A stretch of 63,942 nt of DNA, counting the filler, from Octopus bimaculoides (Eukaryota): assembly GCF_001194135.2 (NCBI RefSeq). It is 5 parts of 5 records of this genome, joined end to end, with 100 filler letters (N's around TTAATTAATTAA, not from the genome) between each part and the next. Parts side by side here need not be neighbours in the genome. Positions count along the whole stretch, not along the records: positions 19,204 to 50,874 come from NC_069007.1; 4 more parts are not named here. One strand, written 5' to 3'. Below the pieces are notes generated by a model that was not told the DNA's origin, did not search any database, and worked only from the letters and a program-made list of their open reading frames with translations. Below are positions 26,541 to 39,900 of the stretch, one piece after another. The position numbers were made by a program, and so were the translations under genes. The first letter of the stretch is position 1. Every line of letters starts with the position of its first letter.

Positions 26541-29500
26541 ATATATATATATANNNNNNNNNNNNNNNNNNNNNNNNNNNNNNNNNNNNNNNNNNNNNNN
26601 NNNNNNNNNNNNNNNNNNNNNNNNNNNNNNNNNNNNNNNNNNNNNNNNNNNNNNNNNNNNNNNNNNNNNNNNNNNNNNNNNNNNNNNNNNNNNNNNNNNN
26701 NNNNNNNNNNNNNNNNNNNNNNNNNNNNNNNNNNNNNNNNNNNNNNNNNNNNNNNNNNNNNNNNNNNNNNNNNNNNNNNNNNNNNNNNNNNNNNNNNNNN
26801 NNNNNNNNNNNNNNNNNNNNNNNNNNNNNNNNNNNNNNNNNNNNNNNNNNNNNNNNNNNNNNNNNNNNNNNNNNNNNNNNNNNNNNNNNNNNNNNNNNNN
26901 NNNNNNNNNNNNNNNNNNNNNNNNNNNNNNNNNNNNNNNNNNNNNNNNNNNNNNNNNNNNNNNNNNNNNNNNNNNNNNNNNNNNNNNNNNNNNNNNNNNN
27001 NNNNNNNNNNNNNNNNNNNNNNNNNNNNNNNNNNNNNNNNNNNNNNNNNNNNNNNNNNNNNNNNNNNNNNNNNNNNNNNNNNNNNNNNNNNNNNNNNNNN
27101 NNNNNNNNNNNNNNNNNNNNNNNNNNNNNNNNNNNNNNNNNNNNNNNNNNNNNNNNNNNNNNNNNNNNNNNNNNNNNNNNNNNNNNNNNNNNNNNNNNNN
27201 NNNNNNNNNNNNNNNNNNNNNNNNNNNNNNNNNNNNNNNNNNNNNNNNNNNNNNNNNNNNNNNNNNNNNNNNNNNNNNNNNNNNNNNNNNNNNNNNNNNN
27301 NNNNNNNNNNNNNNNNNNNNNNNNNNNNNNNNNNNNNNNNNNNNNNNNNNNNNNNNNNNNNCATATAAGAAAGAAGAAAGCAAAGGACCACTGATGAGGT
27401 CACAGAAGTGTGACGAAAGAACTCTGGCCGAAATAGGATTAATGTAATATAATGTAATATAAAGCTGAAGCAAATTAACACCAAGTATACAGTGCGAGTG
27501 TTTTTATTGGCTAAACTGGCAATATGACCATCTCCAAGTACAACAATATATATATATATATACATATGTATGTTTATGTGTATATTTATGTATATAAAGA
27601 CATGCATGTGTCTATATACATATGTATGTTTATGTGTATATTTATGTATATAAAGACATGCATGTGTCTATATACATATGTATGTTTATGTGTATACTTA
27701 TGTATATAAAGACATGCATGTGTCTATATACATATGAGTGTGTGTGTGTTTATGTATGTAGATATTACACATACACACACACACAAACATGTATATGTAT
27801 GTACATGTGTGCATGTGTGGTGTGCAGTGAGTAGTTTGGGATGAGCCAGAGAAGATGAGTTTCCCATGTCAGTATGGACAACAGATGTTCAATGATGTTG
27901 ATGATATTTTTTTGGTGTTTTAAGGAGTGGGGCAAGTTGGCGGGTGGTGAGTGACTGTTTATCTGGGAGGGGACCAAAGGAAGTACTTCATTTCATAAAC
28001 AGCTGCAACAAACAAACAATTACAAGGTCATTGTTGCTATTGTTTAAAGGTAATCAACTGAGGGTCGTTAGAGCATTGGAAAGAATGCCATGTGATATTT
28101 GTCCTAACTTTTCTGCTCTGGGAGTTCAAATCCTGTTGTGGTCCTCTTTTCCTTTCATCATTCCAAGGATGTAGGGGTTCGTAAATAAAGTTCCATACCA
28201 GGAAGGGATGTTTCATGGGAATTTTAAGCACTGGCAGAGCTGTGTAGTATGACAGGCTTCTTTTCAGTTTCCATCTATCACATCCACTCATGAGGCTTTG
28301 ATTTGCCCAAGGCTATATAGTAGAAGATACTTGCCCAAGGTGCCACGCAGTGGGACCAAACCTGGAACCATGTGGTTAGCAAGCAAGCTTCTTACCACAC
28401 AGCCACGCCTACGCCTATTGGGGTTGAATCATTTGACTAAACCCTTTTAAGGTGGTACCCCAGCATGACTGCAGTCCAATGACTGAAACCAGTAAAGGAT
28501 ACAGGTGGTCATCATTGGTTTTTGCTTAGCCTCAAGCCCTCACATTAGTGCAAAGACAAACAGGCCCTGTACCAATTAAAGCAGGACTCCTGTTGTTGTT
28601 TAGCCCCGAGTCAGTCCTGACAGAACAAAGTAAACAATCCAGCCATGCCCATCCTTTGTATATTTAGAACGACATTATGCAATGGAGATGCAGCTTGACC
28701 AAGTGGTTCACAAGTTCTTCCTGCAACCACAGGGTCTCTGGTTCAGTTGCACTGCATGGCATCTTGGGTCTAGCATCCTTTACTGTTACCCTTGTATCAG
28801 CCCAAGTAAAATCGAGTGAATAAAAACTGTTGAAACCTGTCCAGTGATTTTGCTCGTTATTCTAAGGTCCAATCCCTTAATGCTATATCACATTGATTCT
28901 ACCTGAGAAACATATCAGGAGTGTACGTGGCCAGGGAGTACTCAGCCTCTTGTTAACTTAACGTGTCCCTCACTCAAGACAGCAGGATATGATTCGGAAT
29001 AGATTTATTTGCTTCTTTTGACCAGTGACAACATTTGACAAATGTTATTTATTGTCTGTCTGTTTGTCCTTCTCTTGACTCACCCTTCAATTATCACTAT
29101 CAGAAATCCTTGAAGTGGTCATTTGACCTGTCAAAAGTAGCAGATGAATCTATTCCGAATCATATCCTGCTGTCTTTAGTGAAGGACACATTACCTAGCA
29201 TGGATCTTGGTTGTTTTTATATAGAAAAAAAGCTGGGATGGTCATGGCTAGGACACTTTTGATTTTAGTTCTGTCAGAATGGTGGATCTTCAGTGTAAGT
29301 TGTTCAATAGGAGCCAAATTTCCTTCAAATCACACTTTAGTTATCTAAAAAATCTTTTAAGTAGATGGGACAGTCACAACTGGAGTGTCTCTTGACCTGG
29401 AGCTAAAGAAAAACAACACCACCATTATTGTCTTTGGTTTGACTGTTGTTGCTGTTTCAGTAGATTTATAGTCAAGATGTCCCAGTGATGACCACCCACC

Positions 29501-32500
29501 CTTTTCGGTGAAGTGGAGAGGATGTAAGAAGACGTTATTCAATGTCAGAATATTTTGCTGCTATTTCTTGCAGGTCAAGTTGCTTCGTTTAAGCCTCCTA
29601 CATTGGCTTGTTGACTTGTTAGTCTAATTGCAGATGTTACTTGTGTGATTAATTCCATCTATTAATGATTATGAAACCAACTCTGTCTGTATGTGTGTGT
29701 GTATGTATGTATAGATATGGTTGTGTGTGTGTATGTATAGATGTGTGTGTGTAGATGTGTTTGTGTGCATGGTTGTTTGTATGTACATATGTTACTGAGT
29801 TGCGGGGTGAGGCGAGAAAGAATGTTTCTCTGTGTGTGTCTATGTTTGTTGTAATACCTCAGTTAATTAGCCTTGACGAGCCTCATTTGATCATTAAAGT
29901 TACAAGCTTCAGGAAACCAGGCTGGCGTTCCGAGGGAATGGTTGCTTGGCAACCATCTATCCTCTCCTCCCTCCCTTTCTCTCCCCTCCCTCCCACTCCT
30001 ACCACCAACCAGCACCGAAGCGCTTCCAGTTCTTCTCTAGATAAAACTCTGAAGTAAATCAACTGAATCCCAAGAAGTCGGTATTGTTGTATTGTCAGTG
30101 AAGAATTTATGTAAAATGAGTGAAAATGGTTGGAATAAAGTTTTTTGGAGACAAGGAGAGATGGTTGGAACTCTTAGGAATAATTATACAAGTGTATGTA
30201 TGTGTGTATATCGTCGTCATTTTTTTCTTTCTTTTTTCTTTTTACTTGTATCAGTCATTTGACTGCGGCCATGCTGGAGCACCGCCTTTTAGTCGAGCAA
30301 TTCAACCCCAGGACTTATTCTTTGGAAGCCGGGTACTTATTCTATNNNNNNNNNNNNNNNNNNNNNNNNNNNNNNNNNNNNNNNNNNNNNNNNNNNNNNN
30401 NNNNNNNNNNNNNNNNNNNNNNNNNNNNNNNNNNNNNNNNNNNNNNNNNNNNNNNNNNNNNNNNNNNNNNNNNNNNNNNNNNNNNNNNNNNNNNNNNNNN
30501 NNNNNNNNNNNNNNNNNNNNNNNNNNNNNNNNNNNNNNNNNNNNNNNNNNNNNNNNNNNNNNNNNNNNNNNNNNNNNNNNNNNNNNNNNNNNNNNNNNNN
30601 NNNNNNNNNNNNNNNNNNNNNNNNNNNNNNNNNNNNNNNNNNNNNNNNNNNNNNNNNNNNNNNNNNNNNNNNNNNNNNNNNNNNNNNNNNNNNNNNNNNN
30701 NNNNNNNNNNNNNNNNNNNNNNNNNNNNNNNNNNNNNNNNNNNNNNNNNNNNNNNNNNNNNNNNNNNNNNNNNNNNNNNNNNNNNNNNNNNNNNNGTTGC
30801 CTCCACACACACACACACACACACACACTCACATGCAGAGTTCAAATTTACAGAAAACAAAGGACAAGTGAAAGAACAAGCAGGTGTATTAGTTTGATGC
30901 TTGGGAAGAATGGAAAAGTCTTTGAACTTTCAAGCCTAGTCTTAAAAAGGAAGGTTGATTTATCTGGCTAATATCCTTCAAGGCAGTGCCTTAGCATGGC
31001 TATAGTCTAATAACTGAAACAGGTAAAAGATAAAACAGGTAAAGAAAAAAACTTCTTTGATGAAATATTTTTCTAATTTGTCGTTGTTGTTGAAGGCTTG
31101 TGCCCATCGCTATCATGAAGGCGTCAGTTTTAATGGAGTTTGTTACATCCTGGATAATGACTTGACTGCACCCCAAAAATTCGTAACCAATGTCTATGGA
31201 GACCATACAGAATATGGATCCTCGCAGACTGGAACCAGTGCCGTGTTTGTGCCAAGCGGGAAAAATGTGAGTATTTCATTAGCTGCCTTCTCTTCCAAAC
31301 TGATGTTTCCATTTAATTTGTTGCTTCTTCTTTGGGTTATAATGAGAGTGTACACGTCAGGTGTAAGAATAGTATTATCCAAATAAATATTTGGATATGG
31401 TTATCTAGCGTGGAGACGCAATGGCCCAGTGGTTAGGGCAGGGGACTCGCGGTCATAGGATCGCGGTTTCGATTCCCAGACCGGGCGTTGTGAGTGTTTA
31501 TTGAGCGAAAACACCTAAAGCTCCACGAGGCTCCGGCAGGGGATGGTGGCGAACCCTGCTGTACTCTTTCACCACAACTTTCTCTCACTCTTACTTCCTG
31601 TTTCTGTTGTGCCTGTAATTCAAAGGGTCAGCCTTGCCACACTGTGTCACGCTGAATATCCCCGAGAACTANNNNNNNNNNNNNNNNNNNNNNNNNNNNN
31701 NNNNNNNNNNNNNNNNNNNNNNNNNNNNNNNNNNNNNNNNNNNNNNNNNNNNNNNNNNNNNNNNNNNNNNNNNNNNNNNNNNNNNNNNNNNNNNNNNNNN
31801 NNNNNNNNNNNNNNNNNNNNNNNNNNNNNNNNNNNNNNNNNNNNNNNNNNNNNNNNNNNNNNNNNNNNNNNNNNNNNNNNNNNNNNNNNNNNNNNNNNNN
31901 NNNNNNNNNNNNNNNNNNNNNNNNNNNNNNNNNNNNNNNNNNNNNNNNNNNNNNNNNNNNNNNNNNNNNNNNNNNNNNNNNNNNNNNNNNNNNNNNNNNN
32001 NNNNNNNNNNNNNNNNNNNNNNNNNNNNNNNNNNNNNNNNNNNNNNNNNNNNNNNNNNNNNNNNNNNNNNNNNNNNNNNNNNNNNNNNNNNNNNNNNNNN
32101 NNNNNNNNNNNNNNNNNNNNNNNNNNNNNNNNNNNNNNNNNNNNNNNNNNNNNNNNNNNNNNNNNNNNNNNNNNNNNNNNNNNNNNNNNNNNNNNNNNNN
32201 NNNNNNNNNNNNNNNNNNNNNNNNNNNNNNNNNNNNNNNNNNNNNNNNNNNNNNNNNNNNNNNNNNNNNNNNNNNNNNNNNNNNNNNNNNNNNNNNNNNN
32301 NNNNNNNNNNNCTAGTAATAAAGGAGTGGAATTGAACCAGCGCATTTAATATGCTGACGTGTGTTGAAAGTTTTGACCAGAGCTAGCAAGCTGGAGGGCT
32401 GCGCCAGGCTCCAGTCTGATTTGGCATGGTTTCTATGGCTGGATCATCATCATCATCATCGTTTAACGTCTGCTTTCCATGCTAGCATGGGTTGGACGAT

Positions 32501-32672
32501 TTGACTGAGGACTGGTGAACCAGATGGCTACACCAGGCTCCAATCTGATTTGGCAGAGTTTCTACAGCTGGATGCCCTTCCTAACGCCAACCACTCCAAG
32601 AGTGTAGTGGGTACTTTTTGTGTAAGGACTGGCACAAGTGCCTTTTACATAGCACCGCAGGCTAATCTTCAT

Positions 32673-32704
<32 letters not shown>

Positions 32705-33058
32705 TATACGTCTGTTTTCCATGCTGGCATGGGATGGACGGTTCAACTGGGGTCTTTATATCTCCCAGTCACATCTGTAAATTTTTTATATTTCCAGGTA
32801 CCATCTATTCCAAAGTTATTGCTTTCCATGGAGGAGATACGACGACCAAAGAATCCAAGTTTGGAGATGAAATCAAAGCCAATTCCTTTGTTGGTAATTA
32901 TCTGCATTATCACTTCATCATCATCATCATCATTTTAATGTCTACTTTTCCATCTTTGCTTGGGTTAGACAAAATTTGTTGAGGCAGATTTTATATGACT
33001 GGATGCTTTTCCTGTCACAAATCCTCACTTGTTTCTAAGGTAGCATTAATTCTTGGCT

Positions 33059-33101
<43 letters not shown>

Positions 33102-33903
33102 NNNNNNNNNNNNNNNNNNNNNNNNNNNNNNNNNNNNNNNNNNNNNNNNNNNNNNNNNNNNNNNNNNNNNNNNNNNNNNNNNNNNNNNNNNNNNNNNNNN
33201 NNNNNNNNNNNNNNNNNNNNNNNNNNNNNNNNNNNNNNNNNNNNNNNNNNNNNNNNNNNNNNNNNNNNNNNNNNNNNNNNNNNNNNNNNNNNNNNNNNNN
33301 NNNNNNNNNNNNNNNNNNNNNNNNNNNNNNNNNNNNNNNNNNNNNNNNNNNNNNNNNNNNNNNNNNNNNNNNNNNNNNNNNNNNNNNNNNNNNNNNNNNN
33401 NNNNNNNNNNNNNNNNNNNNNNNNNNNNNNNNNNNNNNNNNNNNNNNNNNNNNNNNNNNNNNNNNNNNNNNNNNNNNNNNNNNNNNNNNNNNNNNNNNNN
33501 NNNNNNNNNNNNNNNNNNNNNNNNNNNNNNNNNNNNNNNNNNNNNNNNNNNNNNNNNNNNNNNNNNNNNNNNNNNNNNNNNNNNNNNNNNNNNNNNNNNN
33601 NNNNNNNNNNNNNNNNNNNNNNNNNNNNNNNNNNNNNNNNNNNNNNNNNNNNNNNNNNNNNNNNNNNNNNNNNNNNNNNNNNNNNNNNNNNNNNNNNNNN
33701 NNNNNNNNNNNNNNNNNNNNNNNNNNNNNNNNNNNNNNNNNNNNNNNNNNNNNNNNNNNNNNNNNNNNNNNNNNNNNNNNNNNNNNNNNNNNNNNNNNNN
33801 NNNNNNNNNNNNNNNNNNNNNNNNNNNNNNNNNNNNNNNNNNNNNNNNNNNNNNNNNNNNNNNNNNNNNNNNNNNNNNNNNNNNNNNNNNNNNNNNNNNN
33901 NNN

Positions 33904-33948
<45 letters not shown>

Positions 33949-36900
33949 TATATATATATATACATATATACGACGGGCTTCTTTCAGTTTCCGTCTACCA
34001 AATCCACTCACAAGGCTTTGGTTGGCCTGAGCCTATAGTAAAAAACACTTGCCCAAGGTGCCACGCAGTGGGACTGAACCCGGAACCATGTGGTTGGTAA
34101 GCAAGCTACTTACCACACAGCCACTCCTACACTTTATCTGTATATATGTATGTATGTATGCCTATATATATGTATGTATGTGTATATACAGACACTCACT
34201 CATTCATACATGTATATACACTCATCCATCCATGCAGCCAGTCCTTCCTACCTAATCCATTTTCATAATTCAGTCCAGCCTGTTATTCCAACTTTCCAAA
34301 TATTTTAAAGAAATTCTTTGTTTCCCCCCTATTTTTGTTTTTTTTTTGGTAATGGTAGGGAATGGGCCATTAAGTAAACTCTGTTGAATGCTCTAATTAC
34401 TCTCGTAATTAACCACTTAGGAATTAACGACGTCAAGCATTATAAACACCAATCAGAGACAAAAGTGTAGCAATGGCCTGTAAACAAGACTTGAACCGGG
34501 AATCTGTTGTTTACCAGGTGATCATGTGACTGATTCTAGACCAATCATCTGCTGTTTCACTGCCATCAACATCACTGAATACCCTTCTTCCCATTTCTGC
34601 CATTTCCTCAAATTTGATATCCTAATTTGTTTCTGCTTGTTTAAGATCCTCCAATTATCTTGACAAAATAAATTAATCAGTCATGTAGTCATTAACTGGC
34701 TTATCGTCTTGTAAATACCAGCAGTTGCCAGGAATGGTGTTTTATGTGTCAATTAGTCTGTCCAGTAGTTTTACACTGCTAAACTTAGTGGGTATTTAAG
34801 TGATGCGTTCATGAATCGTTGATAAGTAGGATATGGTTCTGATGAAAGAGCAATAACTTTTGAAATATGCATATACACCCATTAGCTATTTTTTCTGTCT
34901 TCAATCACATTGTTTAGAGCATTGCACAAAGTAAATATCTGTTCCGGCTCTTAACCTTCTGAGTTCAAATCCAGCTGAAAGCATTTTTGCTTTTCTTCCT
35001 CCTGGGGCCAATAAAGAAAGTATCAATCTCAGACAGTGGATTGGAGAATCATCAGGATTTTGGATAAACTTTGTGGTGTCTGCTCCAGTTCTCTATGTAC
35101 TGATTTCAAATCTTGTTAAGATCCCTTTCATCACTATCCTCCTCCTGGGGCATCCAAAATAAAGTAACTAGTCGTGGGTGAGATGTGTGGTGGGGATTTG
35201 TTCGCGTAAAAGCCTGTGCTGTGTTTACTCTGGGTTTTAATTTTCTGGATTTGTAGGGGCAGGGAGCTGGCAGAATCATTAGGATGCAAGGCAAAATGCT
35301 TAGTGGTTGAGTTCAAATTCCACCAAGGTCAACTTTGCCCTGCATACTCCCAGGGTCAATAAAATAAGTACCAGTTAAGCACTGGGGTCAATGTAATCAA
35401 CTTATCCCCTGCCCTGAGATTGTTGATCTTGTACCAAAATGTGAAACCAATATATTAATACATTTATTTTTTGTTATTGCCCACAAGGGGCTAAACACAG
35501 AGGGGACAAACAAGGACAGACAGACAGATTAAGTCAATTACATCGACCGCAGTGCGTAACTGGTACTTATTTAATCGACCCCGAAAGGATGAAAGGCAAA
35601 GTCGACCTCGGCGGAATTTGAACTCATATGAAATACTGCTAAGCATTTTGCCAGGCATGCTAACGATTCTGCCAGCTTGCCTATTAATCAATATATTAAT
35701 CAATATATTAATCAATATATTAATCAATATAAGGCGGAGAGCTGGCAGAAACGTTGGCACGCCGGGCGAAATGCTTAGCGGTATTTCATCTGTCTTTACG
35801 TTCTGAGTTCAAATTCCGCCGAGGTTGACTTTGCCTGTCATCTTTTCAGGGTTGATGTCGATCTAATCGACTGGCCCCCTCCCCAAAACTTTCGGGCCTT
35901 GTGCCTAGAGTAGAAAAGATTATATTAATCAATATAATTTCATAATCATATTTCTTGTGTATTTTTCTAAATGGTTTTTATTTTCTCTTTCTTAGTTATC
36001 ATGACCTTATTGTCGGAGCCCCATTTTACCAACATCCAAAGAAAGGTGGAGCCATTTACATTTACATGGGTGTCCCTAATGGGGTCAGTATCTTCTTTTT
36101 TTGTCTCTAAGATCTCTATTTTTCACTAAAATATGTTTGGGGTGCATGGCTATGTGGTAAGAAGCTTGCTTCCCAGTCAAGTGGTGTTAGGCTCAGTCCT
36201 GCTGCATGGCACCTTGGACAAGTGTCTTCTACTATAGACCTGAGCCAACCAAAACCTTGTGAGTGGATTTGAGAGAACATGGTTGATGCCAATGTCGCCT
36301 GACTGGCACCCGTGCTGGTGGCACACAAAAAGCAGCCATTACACTCTCTCAGAGTGGGTGGCATTATAGGAAGGGCATCCAGCTGTAGAAACCTTGACAG
36401 ATTAGATTGGAGCCTGGTGCAGCCTCCTGGCTTGCCAGCCCTCAGTTGAACCGTCCAACCCATGCCAGCATGGAAAGCAGACGTTAAGCAATGATGATCA
36501 TGATGAAACTGAAAAAATCTATTGAATATGTATGTGTGTGTGTGTGTCTTTAAGTTTGCCTTCAAGCACCACTTGACAACTGCATAACTAAGCACTTCAG
36601 CAAGAAGAAACTGATAGAATAAGTTCTGGAATAAGTAGGGGGTGGGGCACAATGAGTAATAGTTACAACAATTTTAACTTTAAGAAACAAGTATCTTTCA
36701 ATAGTGTTTATTCCCTCACAAAAACAATACCAGCTTAGCAAATGACCTTCTCTAAATGCATTAAAAACATTATAACATATCCTGAACACAATTTCACAAA
36801 ATTTGCCAGTGCCCCTGGACTGGCTCTTGTGCGGGTGGCACATGAAATACACCATTTTGAGCATGGCCGTTGCCAGTACCGCCTGACTGGCCTTCGTGCC

Positions 36901-39900
36901 GGTGGCACGTAAAAGCACCCACTACACTCTCGGAGTGGTTGGTGTTAGGAAGGACATCCAGCTGTAGAAATTCTGCCAAATCAGATTGGAGTCTGGTGTA
37001 ACCATCTGGTTTCACCAGTCCTCAGTCAAATCATCCAACCCATGCTAGCATGGAAAGCGGACGTTAAACAACAACGATGATGATGATTTTCATTTACTTC
37101 AAGCATACAAAAGACAAATTTAACTGGGGCAAAATGAGTAAAACAAAATACAACAAAGACAGGTGAAGGAACAACAAGCCGGTGTATTATAGTTCGATGC
37201 TCAGGAATAATGGAAAAGTCCTTGATGTTTCAAGCGTATGCTCTTTGACAGGAGGGATTGAGAGGGAATAAAATGGAGAGAAAACGGCAAAAAACAGAGA
37301 GAGATTAAAATGTGTAGGGTTTAACAGTTCGTATTTGTACACATACACATGGCTTGCCTTTTATGAAGTCTGTTATTTTGAACATGTTTATCACCTCTTC
37401 CCCTAAAACATTCTTTTGTTTCAGGAAATGGATGAGAGTACAGTTCCCTTCAAAATTCTGAGTCGAGACATGAACGAGCTAGAATGTTATACACTCGGGT
37501 GTGAGCACGGTCGCTTCGGGGCAGCACTGGCCAACGCAGACGACTTGAATCAGGATGGTTATGAGGGTACGTTGCATTTAAAACTACCATCACTACTACT
37601 ACTACTACAATAATAGTCTGTTTCTCTAGAACTCCTATGCATAAATAACATTTTCATTGTTGTTGTTGTTGTTGTTGTTGTTGTACTTCTTACACCTCTT
37701 GAAAAGTTATTCTTAATGCAGATACTCTTCTCTGTTAATCCTCATTCTTTAACCATTCCTTCCCCCACCCCACTCCACCCATATTTTTTGTTGAAAACTT
37801 TTGTTTGATAGAACCAGGGATGATCCCAAATCAGCTGGATTCAGAAGGATTTACCAATCTTTAATTTATTTTTTTGTTTCTGCGTTCATTAAATCATTTT
37901 TCTATTATCTTTGTTTTTTAATTTTTTTTTGCACTTAGACCTTCTGGTTGGAGCCCCATATGAAGGACATGGTGCAGTCTATGTCTTCCACGGCTCCAAA
38001 GATGGAATTGTCGAAAAGCCAACACAGGTGAGAAGAAACTCTAGCAAAATATAAGCATTTCAAAGATGTATTTGTCTGACAAGTGATTCAACCCTTTAGT
38101 ATTCTAACTGGCTGTATCTTGCCTAAATATTTTACCTGCTTTGTTCAAACTGGCCAGATCTGACCTTTATAGAATTTTATAGAATCTGTAGCGATAAACA
38201 TAAAAATGAGATAAATGCTAATGTATATTTGTGTCTAAACTTTCCTCACTTCTGTTCCAGAGAATTGCTGCCAGCAATTTGCAACACCATACTTTCAAGT
38301 CTTTCGGTTCATCATTTGCAACCGGCATGGACATTGACAAGAACGGTTATCCAGATGTTTTAGTCGGAGCCTTTGAATCTGATTCCTTAGCTCTGCTATT
38401 ATCCCGTCCAGTTCTAACACTGTCTTCTAATATTATTCTTTCACCAAAATCCATTGACTTAAAGGCTGCCAAAACTTGTCCTTCCAATATTCCAGCAAAA
38501 CATTGCATAACAGTTAAGTTATGTCTGAAATACACTGCAACAATAACGTAAGTTTAATATTATTTTAACTTGAGAGGGCAAAAAGCTTGTACAATTGTTA
38601 GCCCACCCGGAAAAATGCTTAGCAGCATTTCATCCTTCCTTATATTCTGGGTTCAGTGGAGGCGCACTGGCCCAGTGGTTAGGGCAGTGGACTCGCGGTC
38701 ATAGGATCGCGGTTTCAATTCCCAGACAGGCGTTCTGAGTGTTTATTGAGTGAAAACACCTAAATCTCCACGAGGCTCCGGCAGGGGATGGTGGTGAACC
38801 CTGCTGTACTCTTTCACCACAACTTTCTCTCACTCTTACTTCGTGTTTCTGTTGTGCCTGTAATTCAAAGGGTCAGCCTTGTCACACTGTGTCACGCTGA
38901 ATATCCACGAGAACTACGTTAAGGGTACACGTATCTGTGGAATGCTCAACCACTTGCACGTTTGTGGAGGCGCAATGGCCCAGTGGTTAGGGCAGTGGAC
39001 TCGCGGTTTCGATTCCCAGACCGGGCGTTCTGAGTGTTTATTGAGTGAAAACACCTAAAGCTCCACGAGGCTCCGGCAGGGGATGGTGGTGAATCCTGCT
39101 GTACTCTTTCACCACAACTTTCTCTCACTCTTTCTTCCTGTTTCTGTTGTACCTGTATTTCAAAGGGTCAGCCTTGTCACACTGTTTCACGCTGAATATC
39201 CCCGAGAACTACGTTAAGGGTACACGTGTCTGTGGAGTGCTCAGCCACTTGCACGTTAGTTTCACCTTAGAGAGATGTATATATAAGTGAAAGAGAATAG
39301 AGGATAAATTTTGGAAAATGTTTTTTTTTCTTCTANNNNNNNNNNGGCCCAGTGGTTAGGGCAGTGGACTCGCGGTTTCGATTCCCAGACCGGGCGTTCT
39401 GAGTGTTTATTGAGTGAAAACACCTAAAGCTCCACGAGGCTCCGGCAGGGGATGGTGGTGAATCCTGCTGTACTCTTTCACCACAACTTTCTCTCACTCT
39501 TTCTTCCTGTTTCTGTTGTACCTGTATTTCAAAGGGTCAGCCTTGTCACACTGTTTCACGCTGAATATCCCCGAGAACTACGTTAAGGGTACACGTGTCT
39601 GTGGAGTGCTCAGCCACTTGCACGTTAGTTTCACCTTAGAGAGATGTATATATAAGTGAAAGAGAACAGAGGATAAATTTTGGAAAATGTTTTTTTTTCT
39701 TCTAAAAATGAATTCAATTATCTGAAAACTTTTATAACTTCATACCTACCTCTATTTCTGTTTCCTTCAGGTTAAGTGAGACTCCAGAAATTAAATATAC
39801 AATAATTGCAGAGAGATTTGATCCCAAAGTCATTCACAGTCGTGTTTTATTCCACAATGAAAAATCAGCCCCATCCTTTGAAATTACTGGTACCATAAAA

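Noticed and set aside
38977-39704. True tandem duplications across short gaps (also 11485-11747, 42017-42697, 48890-48990)
   Set aside because: Near-identical sequence directly flanking N runs is typical of unmerged contig or haplotype overlaps.
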